DNA from: a virus
Lineage: Duplodnaviria > Caudoviricetes
DNA length: 34,555 nucleotides
Virus record (IMG/VR): IMGVR_UViG_3300032218_002734
Span: 1 to 34,555 of that record
Strand: one strand, 5' to 3'
Shown here: positions 28,046 to 34,555 of the stretch, in pieces
Layout of the letters: every line of letters starts with the position of its first letter
How positions within the stretch are numbered: the first letter of the stretch is position 1
Notes under the pieces: generated by a model
The model's database searches: none
Told to the model about the DNA's origin: nothing
Seen by the model: the letters and a program-made list of their open reading frames with translations, nothing else
Program-made: the position numbers and the translations under genes

Positions 28046-29015
28046 TTTAGAAAATGCAAAATCTTGCATTAATTTTTTTAATAACAATAAGACTGGTGAA
28101 ATTTGGGATACTAGGTATAAGTACATTGCAGATTTTAAACCCCCATGGGAATATAGATTAGATGAAGACGAATATCTTATAATACATAGAATTGGAAGCA
28201 GCGAAGAAATTTATAATGAAGAAGTATACTTTAATTATAAATTAAATTCTGATGGGTTTAGATCGCAACATTTTAAAAAATTAAATAAAGAAGATATTAA
28301 TATTCTTTATGCTGGGTGTTCTTTTACTTTTGGAGAGGGACTACCAGAAGAATATACTTATCCTTATAAATTATCAGAAAAAATAAAAAATTTATTCCCT
28401 AAAAAAAATGTTCAGTCTTTTAATGTTGGTCGAGGCGGGTCATCTATACACGAAATTGTAAGGATGTGTTTTTCATTTTTTGAAAATTATGGAAATCCTG
28501 ATTATTTATTTATAACTCTTCCCGACGTAGACAGAATGATTACATTTATTGATCAAGAACATAGATATATTAAAATGATTCCAACTGCGGATAATTTTGG
28601 TTTTAAAGGAAATAAACAAGTCATGAAAATAATGGATTCATTTATAAGGGAAAATAACTGGCTTATTTATCATGATTTAATGAAAATGCTTGAGGCATAT
28701 TGTGAAACTAATAAAATAAAATTAATTTGGGATTCTTGGCACCCCGATGATGCTTTTTATGGAGCAATTATATGGAGTCAAATTAACTATAAATATTATG
28801 TTTCGCCAGAAAAAAGATTTAATCAGCTTGTAGCTCCATTAAAATTTAATAAAAATGTTGATGAATTTGAGCCTAATATAAACAATTTGCCATATTGGTA
28901 TTGTGGTAGGGACGGGGAACACCCAGGAATTCTTTGGACTACGTATCAATCTAATTTATTTTTTAAGGAGGTATTAAAGTATTATGAAGAAGATAATATA
29001 CAGGATATATTATAG
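28026..29015 (+). CDS. SGNH/GDSL-fold-like protein
   Basis: NSDGFRS, AGCSFTFGEG (block I variant), NVGRGGSS (block II), RDGEHPG (block V DxxH). Confidence 0.65.
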   Translation: MNLKGFNLENAKSCINFFNNNKTGEIWDTRYKYIADFKPPWEYRLDEDEYLIIHRIGSSEEIYNEEVYFNYKLNSDGFRSQHFKKLNKEDINILYAGCSFTFGEGLPEEYTYPYKLSEKIKNLFPKKNVQSFNVGRGGSSIHEIVRMCFSFFENYGNPDYLFITLPDVDRMITFIDQEHRYIKMIPTADNFGFKGNKQVMKIMDSFIRENNWLIYHDLMKMLEAYCETNKIKLIWDSWHPDDAFYGAIIWSQINYKYYVSPEKRFNQLVAPLKFNKNVDEFEPNINNLPYWYCGRDGEHPGILWTTYQSNLFFKEVLKYYEEDNIQDIL

Positions 29016-29073
29016 AATAAAATATAGACATGCCTACAAAATATTTAAAAATAAAGATGGGTATACTTATTAA
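28984..29073 (+). CDS. 29-aa basic/aromatic peptide coupled to the carbamoyltransferase
   Basis: AAGGAGGT RBS upstream. MKKIIYRIYYRIKYRHAYKIFKNKDGYTY. Stop overlaps the next ATG (TAATG). Confidence 0.55.
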   Translation: MKKIIYRIYYRIKYRHAYKIFKNKDGYTY

Positions 29074-30527
29074 TGATTATTCTTGGAATTAATGAAACGT
29101 CGCATGATGCATCAATATCTTTAATTAAAGATGGCAAAATATTATTTGCTGGTCATGCTGAAAGATACAGTAAAGAAAAAAATGATTGGTACATTAATAA
29201 TAGCTTAATAAATGATGCTTTACAATACGGTACCCCAGATCACATAGCATATTATGAAAAACCTTTTTTAAAAGCGTCCAGATTATTTTTAAAAGGTGGC
29301 GCTGGAGATTGGAAACCACGTTTTGAATTACCAAAAATACCTAAAAAATCTTTTAGTCATCATTATTCACATGCCTCTGCGGGTTACTATACTAGCCCTT
29401 TTAATGAGGCGGTTATAGTAGTATTGGATGCTATTGGAGAATATAATACTTCAACAATATGGGTTGGTGAAGGAGAAAAGATTAAGCTTAAATATAAACA
29501 AAATTACCCAGTTAGTTTTGGATTATTTTATTCAGCATTTACACAGCTAATAGGTCTTATGCCAAACCAAGAAGAATATATTATGATGGGTATGGCAGCA
29601 TATGGTGACTGGAAAAAATATTATAGAAAAGTTGATGATTATTTTCCTTCGTATACTAAGCAAAAATATAATTTTCATAAAGGAATTACTGATTGGGGAT
29701 GGATTAAGTCTGAGCAAGATAGGTTTGATATAGCAGCAGCAGTTCAAGTTGTATATCAGCAAAGACTTAATGATTTTATGCACATGGCTTATTCAATTAC
29801 AGGGAAAAAGAATTTGGTTTTTATGGGTGGATGTGCACTTAACTCGTCAGCGAATACAATATTGTGGAATATTTTTAATAATATTTGGATAATGCCTAAT
29901 CCAGGAGATGCTGGAAGTTCATTGGGGGCAGCAGCAGCATTATATGGAAAACATTTAGATTGGGAAAACCCTTATTTGGGTTATGATTTAAATGGAGAAT
30001 ATCCTGTTCAAGAAATTGTGGATGGGATATTAAAAGATGGAATTGTAGCAGTAGCATCAGGAAGAGCAGAATATGGTCCAAGAGCATTGGGGAATAGAAG
30101 TATCCTTGCAGATCCAAGAGATCCAAACATTAAAAATAAAGTTAATTTAATTAAACAGAGGGAACCTTTTAGGCCATTTGCACCTGTCGTTATGTCTGAT
30201 CATGCCTCTAGATGGTTTGATATGGATTTTGAAAGTCCTTATATGCAATATACAGTAAAGTGTTTACAACCAGAAAAAATACCATCCGTAGTTCATAAAG
30301 ATGGGACCTCTAGAGTTCAAACAGTAACAAAAGATCAACATCCAGGATTATATCGTGTTTTAAACAAGTTTTATCTTAAAACTGGTGTTCCAATACTTTT
30401 AAATACTAGTTTAAACATAAAAGGACAACCGCTTTTAAATGATGAAAAAGATATAAGTGCTTGGGAACAACAATATTTATTTAAAATATGTAAATCTATT
30501 GACAATGAAGGTATAAATAATATATAA
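29073..30527 (+). CDS. O-carbamoyltransferase, NodU/CmcH/TobZ family
   Basis: SHDASI, HHYSHA, VLDAIGE, MGMAAYG, GGCALN, GDAGSSLGAA, EYGPRALGNRSILADP, REPFRPFAP, HKDGTSRVQTV, LLNTSLN. Confidence 0.95.
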   Translation: MIILGINETSHDASISLIKDGKILFAGHAERYSKEKNDWYINNSLINDALQYGTPDHIAYYEKPFLKASRLFLKGGAGDWKPRFELPKIPKKSFSHHYSHASAGYYTSPFNEAVIVVLDAIGEYNTSTIWVGEGEKIKLKYKQNYPVSFGLFYSAFTQLIGLMPNQEEYIMMGMAAYGDWKKYYRKVDDYFPSYTKQKYNFHKGITDWGWIKSEQDRFDIAAAVQVVYQQRLNDFMHMAYSITGKKNLVFMGGCALNSSANTILWNIFNNIWIMPNPGDAGSSLGAAAALYGKHLDWENPYLGYDLNGEYPVQEIVDGILKDGIVAVASGRAEYGPRALGNRSILADPRDPNIKNKVNLIKQREPFRPFAPVVMSDHASRWFDMDFESPYMQYTVKCLQPEKIPSVVHKDGTSRVQTVTKDQHPGLYRVLNKFYLKTGVPILLNTSLNIKGQPLLNDEKDISAWEQQYLFKICKSIDNEGINNI

Positions 30528-30528
30528 T
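30499..30528 (+). promoter_or_regulatory. Consensus promoter for the tRNA cluster
   Basis: TTGACA, 18 nt, TATAAT ending 10 nt upstream of the tRNA(CAT). Confidence 0.75.
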
Positions 30529-30538
30529 CAACATCTAA

Positions 30539-30612
30539 GCAACAGTAGCTTAGTTGGTTAAAGCCCCGAACTCATAATTCGGTAATCGTCCGTTCAAGTC
30601 GGACCTGTTGCA
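30539..30612 (+). tRNA. tRNA(CAT), elongator Met (Ile2 not excluded)
   Basis: Acceptor GCAACAG/CTGTTGC, anticodon arm CCGAA-CTCATAA-TTCGG, T arm GTCCG-TTCAAGT-CGGAC. Confidence 0.88.
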
Positions 30613-30627
30613 CCTAGAAAGGGAATT

Positions 30628-31221
30628 ATGCATACATATTGGATTGATAAGGGATTTGAAAAAATTGGTGAAGAAATTTATGTTTATAAAAATTTTCTTT
30701 CACAAGAAGAAATATTAAAATATAAATCATTGATTGATTCTCATGTAGAAAATAATTTGTGGGAACAAGGAGTAGTTGGTTCATTTTTTGAAAATAAAAT
30801 TACAAAAGAAATTCCAGAGTTTCAAGAAATAAGGTTGAAAGCAATATCTTTATTTGAACCAGATTATAAATTTGGTCCTAGCCTAAGTGCTACCTGTTTA
30901 CGAAATGGAGATGAATGGGGAGTTCATTTTGATGCGCATGACTTTATAAAAATAAGGGAAAAAAGTGCCACATTAAAAGATGGCGATCCTTATATTATGG
31001 TTGATGATTCAAAATACGGAACAGTAATTTATTTTAATGAATTTGAAGGCGGAGATTTGTATTACCCAGAACAAAATATTTCTTACCATCCTAAACCAGG
31101 GGAAATGGTATTGCACAGTTCTGAAGAGTTTTGCAAACATGGAGTTTCAAAAGTAATTTCTGGGCCTAGATATGGATTTTCAGGACATTTATCTCAATTA
31201 ATAAAATTTCCAATAGAATAA
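30628..31221 (+). CDS. 2OG-Fe(II) oxygenase, prolyl-4-hydroxylase-like, within the tRNA cluster
   Basis: YVYKNFLSQEE, HFD...YFNEFEGGDLYYP...PKPGEMVLH...HGVSKVISGPRY. Confidence 0.9.
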   Translation: MHTYWIDKGFEKIGEEIYVYKNFLSQEEILKYKSLIDSHVENNLWEQGVVGSFFENKITKEIPEFQEIRLKAISLFEPDYKFGPSLSATCLRNGDEWGVHFDAHDFIKIREKSATLKDGDPYIMVDDSKYGTVIYFNEFEGGDLYYPEQNISYHPKPGEMVLHSSEEFCKHGVSKVISGPRYGFSGHLSQLIKFPIE

Positions 31222-31227
31222 CTTCTC

Positions 31228-31300
31228 GCCTTTGTAGCTCAGGGGATAGAGCGAGACTCTTCTAAGGTCTGCGTCGCAGGTTCGATTCCTGCCAAGGGCA
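31228..31300 (+). tRNA. tRNA-Arg(TCT)
   Basis: GCCTTTG/CAAGGGC acceptor, D-loop with A20, AGACT-CTTCTAA-GGTCT, GCAGG-TTCGATT-CCTGC. Confidence 0.92.
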
Positions 31301-31304
31301 CAAA

Positions 31305-31377
31305 GCTCCTATAGCTCAGTTGGTAGAGCAGCAGACTTTTAATCTGCGGGTCGATGGTTCGAAACCATCTGGGGGCA
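31305..31377 (+). tRNA. tRNA-Lys(TTT)
   Basis: GCTCCTA/TGGGGGC acceptor, GCAGA-CTTTTAA-TCTGC, GATGG-TTCGAAA-CCATC. Confidence 0.93.
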
Positions 31378-31383
31378 CTGTTA

Positions 31384-31392
31384 TGTTATACT
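31384..31392 (+). promoter_or_regulatory. Extended -10 promoter ahead of the atypical tRNA
   Basis: TGTTATACT in the 33-nt spacer between tRNAs. Confidence 0.5.
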
Positions 31393-31410
31393 GAATAATG
31401 TAACCAATGA

Positions 31411-31481
31411 TTTGGGTTCGTCTAATGGTCGGACACTCGCCTCCGAAGCGATAAACACAGGTCCGACTCCTGTACCCAAAG
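31411..31481 (+). tRNA. Atypical 71-nt tRNA, anticodon CCG (nominally Arg), Gln-like body
   Basis: TTTGGGT/ACCCAAA acceptor with G73, D arm GTCT-AATGGTC-GGAC, CTCGC-CTCCGAA-GCGAT, T arm ACAGG-TCCGACT-CCTGT. Confidence 0.75.
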
Positions 31482-31497
31482 CTTTAAATAATAGAAA

Positions 31498-31506
31498 TGG
31501 TATACT
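31498..31506 (+). promoter_or_regulatory. Extended -10 promoter (TGGTATACT), probable leaderless start at ATG 31513
   Basis: GAAATGGTATACT-N6-ATG, the same context as at 4314-4335. Confidence 0.6.
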
Positions 31507-31512
31507 AGAAAT

Positions 31513-31965
31513 ATGAATGATGATTTAATACATAGATTACAACATTGGCAAGCAAATTCTTTTGTTCTATATTCGACAGCGCATGGGTTTCATTGGAATG
31601 TAGAAGGTGTATTATTTACACAATACCATGATTTTTTTGAAAAAATATTTGAAGATATTTATCTTACTATTGATGAAATTGCTGAGTATCAAAGAAAACT
31701 TCAATCTGTTGCTCCATTTACTTTAAAGCAAATGATGGAGTTAACAACATATGGAGATCCCGTAGTTGCAACAAACTCCCCAGTTATAATGTCTGGCATT
31801 CTTTTAGATATGATTGAAAAAATGATTGAAGAAGTCAAAGATTTATTTGATGCTGCAACCGTTGCAAGACAACAAGGAATAGCAAATTTTTGTGCAGATA
31901 GACAAGATAAATTAGAATTCTGGGCTTGGTGGCTTAGATCTAGTATTAAAACAATTACTAATTAG
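31513..31965 (+). CDS. dps: Dps / ferritin-like DNA-protection protein
   Basis: HGFHWNVEG...YHDFFE...IDEIAE ferroxidase motif. C-terminal WWLRS. Confidence 0.88.
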   Translation: MNDDLIHRLQHWQANSFVLYSTAHGFHWNVEGVLFTQYHDFFEKIFEDIYLTIDEIAEYQRKLQSVAPFTLKQMMELTTYGDPVVATNSPVIMSGILLDMIEKMIEEVKDLFDAATVARQQGIANFCADRQDKLEFWAWWLRSSIKTITN

Positions 31966-31974
31966 GAGATAAAA

Positions 31975-32466
31975 ATGACAGAAGATAGAAATCCGAATGC
32001 AGTTAAAGTACTTGCAGTGGCGAAAAAGTTTGTAGATGAAGCATATGCTGAAGAGGGCGATAATTTAACTATTATGGGTAAATGGTATGGTCTTAATGGA
32101 CAGCCATGGTGTGCAATGTTTATTTCCTATTGTTTTGATCAAGCTGGATTAGTCAAATTAGTAGCAGCACAATCAAAGAAAGGCTTTGCATCTTGCAACG
32201 AAGGCTGGAAATGGTTTGTTAAAAATCAGCAATCGGTAGCGGTTGGTCAAGCGCAACCTGGAGATATTGTATTTTTTAATTTTGACGATGATCCTCATAC
32301 AACAGAACATGTTGGAATAGTTTATTCTAATGACGGCAAAAACTTAATAACTTTTGAGGGCAATACTAGCGGAGATACCAAAGGATCACAAGCTAACGGC
32401 GGAGGGGCTTATAAAAAAAAGCGCCCTTATTCATTAGTAATGGGAGTAGCAAGACCTAAATGGTAA
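31975..32466 (+). CDS. CHAP-domain peptidoglycan hydrolase (endolysin, catalytic domain only)
   Basis: PWCAMF, QPGDIVFF, HVGIV, FEGNT. AGGAG RBS. Confidence 0.88.
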   Translation: MTEDRNPNAVKVLAVAKKFVDEAYAEEGDNLTIMGKWYGLNGQPWCAMFISYCFDQAGLVKLVAAQSKKGFASCNEGWKWFVKNQQSVAVGQAQPGDIVFFNFDDDPHTTEHVGIVYSNDGKNLITFEGNTSGDTKGSQANGGGAYKKKRPYSLVMGVARPKW

Positions 32467-32990
32467 AAGTATTAAAAGGTGCAATAGCTTTGTCATTAAT
32501 TTCTATTTTAATTAGTGGCACTGCTAGAGCATCCTCCCCAGACTGGGTTGTACAAAATAAAACTGCAACACCTGGAGTTATAAATACACATGTTACACAA
32601 GCAAATATTCAAACTACTGTTTGTAAATCAGGGTGGACGGCAACAATTAGACCAGCAGTAACATATACTAATAAATTAAAATTGGATCAACTTAAAGGCG
32701 CTTATGCAGCATATACAAAAACATGGGGAACAACTCCATCCGCATACGAAGAAGATCATTTAATTTCTCTTCAATTAGGCGGAGATCCAAAAGATCCAAA
32801 AAATTTATGGCCAGAGCCATATGCAGGAATTGGTGCACGTAAAAAAGATGTAGTCGAAACTGCATTAAAGCGTCTCGTATGCTCAGGATCATTAAAGCTA
32901 TCAGATGCTCAAAAAGCAATATTAGATTGGCCCTCAGCTTATAAAAAATATGTAACTGCAGCGGATAAACCAGACACCTCAGACAATTAA
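32460..32990 (+). CDS. Secreted HNH-like (His-Me finger) protein
   Basis: Signal peptide MVKVLKGAIALSLISILISGTARA. YEEDHLISLQLGG...NLWPEP...KDVVE. Confidence 0.65.
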   Translation: MVKVLKGAIALSLISILISGTARASSPDWVVQNKTATPGVINTHVTQANIQTTVCKSGWTATIRPAVTYTNKLKLDQLKGAYAAYTKTWGTTPSAYEEDHLISLQLGGDPKDPKNLWPEPYAGIGARKKDVVETALKRLVCSGSLKLSDAQKAILDWPSAYKKYVTAADKPDTSDN

Positions 32991-33038
32991 ATAAATGATG
33001 GCTTTAGAATCTGGATTAAATTTTAGAAAAAGTTTTAA

Positions 33039-33698
33039 ATGAAAAATGCAATAGTCGCTGGTGCAAGCAGGGGAATTGGAAAATCTATAGTAAAAGCTTT
33101 AATAGATGACGGATATAATGTTATAGCTATTTCTAGAAATTTAAATCAATTAAATGATTTACAAAAATATAGCAATAATATAAAAATATATCAAATGAAT
33201 ATTACAAATGAAGATGAAACAAAACAATTTTATGATTATATAAAAGACATTAATATAGATTTATTTGTACACAATGCTGGGGGGAATTTTGCAAATTCAG
33301 ATTTATTAAAATCTAATATTAATGATTGGATAAATACATATAAACTTAATGTTATTGGTCCATTAAATACTGCAAAAATAATTATGCCAAAAATGAAAAA
33401 TCAAGGATTTGGAACATATATAGCAATAACTTCTTTAGTGGGTCACGGAGAAACCTATCCAGGTGGTGCTGGTTATGTGGGTGCAAAAACAGATGAAGCA
33501 ATGTTTGTAAAACATTTAAGAAATGAATTTAAAAGAACTGGGGTTAGGGTTATAGAGATAGCCCCAGGCACAACTAAAACAGAGACTAATAATACCTCAG
33601 ACGGGGTAGAGTCAAAAGATATAGCAGAAGCAGTACGATGGTCCGCATCTTTGCCACAATATGTTAATATTGATTTAATGATAGTTAATTATACTTAG
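33039..33698 (+). CDS. Short-chain dehydrogenase/reductase (YdfG-like)
   Basis: AGASRGIG, HNAGG, YVGAK catalytic YxxxK, IAPG. Confidence 0.92.
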   Translation: MKNAIVAGASRGIGKSIVKALIDDGYNVIAISRNLNQLNDLQKYSNNIKIYQMNITNEDETKQFYDYIKDINIDLFVHNAGGNFANSDLLKSNINDWINTYKLNVIGPLNTAKIIMPKMKNQGFGTYIAITSLVGHGETYPGGAGYVGAKTDEAMFVKHLRNEFKRTGVRVIEIAPGTTKTETNNTSDGVESKDIAEAVRWSASLPQYVNIDLMIVNYT

Positions 33699-33706
33699 GA
33701 GATAAA

Positions 33707-34297
33707 ATGTTAGACATAAAAAAACAATTAGAGGAAGCAAAATCTAATAAAAAAGCTGTATTTTTAAAACAATATGTTGATCCTAAAATTGATTGGAATT
33801 ACATAGTTGAAGAAATTAATATAGGGTTGTCTACAAAAAATATAGAAGACTTGGGCGATACATATATTTGGAAAAGAGAACAAGATATAATGATGAAGGA
33901 TTTATTTTATATTCAATTAATGAATCCATTTCCAACAAGAAATAGTGTTATTAATAATCTTGCTGATGAATTTTCTAAAATATTTTGGCTTAATAGAAAT
34001 AATTATGATGCATCAAGTATTCAATATTTTGTAAATTTAGTACCTAAAAATAAAAATTTAACAAAAGGACCAAATTCACCATCTCATTGTGATGAATGGG
34101 ATGTATTATTTTTACAATTAATAGGTTCATCTACATGGAATATTTATGAAAATCAAAATGATGCTACCCCTGTACAATCCGAGATAATAATTCCAGGAGA
34201 TATAATTCTTGTTCCCAAAGGTGTTTATCATGAAATATATGCACATGAACCAAGGGCTGGAATTAGCATTGGGTACACTCCACGAGTAGACCTTTAA
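33707..34297 (+). CDS. JmjC/cupin 2OG-Fe(II) hydroxylase (RoxA/Cupin_4-like core)
   Basis: HCDEWDVLFLQLIGSSTW...PGDIILVPKGVYHEI...R. Confidence 0.85.
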   Translation: MLDIKKQLEEAKSNKKAVFLKQYVDPKIDWNYIVEEINIGLSTKNIEDLGDTYIWKREQDIMMKDLFYIQLMNPFPTRNSVINNLADEFSKIFWLNRNNYDASSIQYFVNLVPKNKNLTKGPNSPSHCDEWDVLFLQLIGSSTWNIYENQNDATPVQSEIIIPGDIILVPKGVYHEIYAHEPRAGISIGYTPRVDL

Positions 34298-34321
34298 AAA
34301 AATACAATAATTTGATATAAT
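34293..34321 (+). promoter_or_regulatory. Promoter of hsp20
   Basis: TTTAAA, 17 nt, TATAAT with TG extension (TGATATAAT 34313-34321). Confidence 0.6.
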
Positions 34322-34327
34322 ATATAT

Positions 34328-34377
34328 GTACTTGCCTTATGGGGGTACTAATTTAACTCGCTTAAAAGGAGCACAAA
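34328..34377 (+). promoter_or_regulatory. ROSE-like RNA thermometer 5' UTR
   Basis: 5' hairpin GTACTTGCC-TTAT-GGGGGTAC, then CTCGCT-TAAA-AGGAG pairing the SD with a bulged G, upstream of a small heat-shock gene. Confidence 0.6.
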
Positions 34378-34555
34378 ATGGTAACACAATTCGCCATGGA
34401 TCTTTTCAAGGATCCATTTTTTATTGGTTTCAACCGAGAGTTGGAGCGTTTCAACAGTCTAAGTAAGGTAAATAATACAGCATTTCCGCCATATGATTTA
34501 CTGAAGTTAGATGATGACAACTATCAGTTATCGCTGGCAGTTGCTGGATTCACAA
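34378..34555 (+). CDS. Small heat-shock protein Hsp20 (IbpA-like), 3' truncated by window edge
   Basis: MVTQFAMDLFKDPFFIGFNRELERF...FPPYDLLKLDDDNYQLSLAVAGF. AAGGAG RBS. Not in the track. Confidence 0.9.
   Translation, partial: MVTQFAMDLFKDPFFIGFNRELERFNSLSKVNNTAFPPYDLLKLDDDNYQLSLAVAGFT

Noticed and set aside
29062-29075. TATACT-N5-ATG as a leaderless promoter for the carbamoyltransferase
   Set aside because: It lacks the TGn extension at the right spacing, and TAATG coupling to the upstream peptide explains the start equally well. Left unresolved.
30539-30612. tRNA(CAT) as initiator tRNA
   Set aside because: It has a paired G1-C72 and lacks the three consecutive G-C pairs in the anticodon stem.
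30539-31481. tRNAs as prophage attachment sites or a host-chromosome boundary
   Set aside because: No integrase or duplicated tRNA 3' end was seen, and phage-type genes continue on both sides with similar composition.
132-32919. All minus-strand ORFs and short alternative-frame + ORFs in the track (e.g. 132-389, 3709-4062, 7307-7735, 13824-14126, 16717-16983, 19349-19645, 27108-27416)
   Set aside because: They lie within or across well-supported + strand genes, lack recognisable motifs, and read as shadow frames.
1-34555. Stop-codon reassignment
   Set aside because: Genes are full length in the standard code, TAA, TAG and TGA all end genes, and no suppressor anticodon is present.

Overview
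An AT-rich segment (about one third G+C by eye) of a lytic tailed dsDNA phage, coded almost entirely on the + strand. Leaderless starts, a short-variable-arm tRNA-Leu and the gene set suggest a siphovirus-like phage of an actinobacterial host (inference). The window runs: end of the tail module (tape measure C-terminus, minor tail proteins, FN3 plus chaperone-tipped fibre; 1-8940); a promoter/palindrome/terminator junction (8944-9008); a replication-recombination module (metallophosphoesterase, DnaB, primase, SSB, tRNA-Leu, DnaE, MazG, RecA, resolvases, Cas4-like nuclease) interrupted by two paralogous 2OG-Fe(II) oxygenases; a methyltransferase, a DUF1599-like protein and terminase; then an accessory region (SGNH-like protein, NodU/TobZ carbamoyltransferase, four tRNAs with a third oxygenase among them, Dps, CHAP lysin, secreted HNH-like protein, SDR, JmjC, Hsp20 with a ROSE-like leader). 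The best candidates for something new are a hydroxylate/carbamoylate/methylate enzyme set next to the tRNA cluster, and a non-canonical tRNA with a Gln-like body, an Arg (CCG) anticodon and its own promoter. All calls come from reading motifs by eye; no searches were run.
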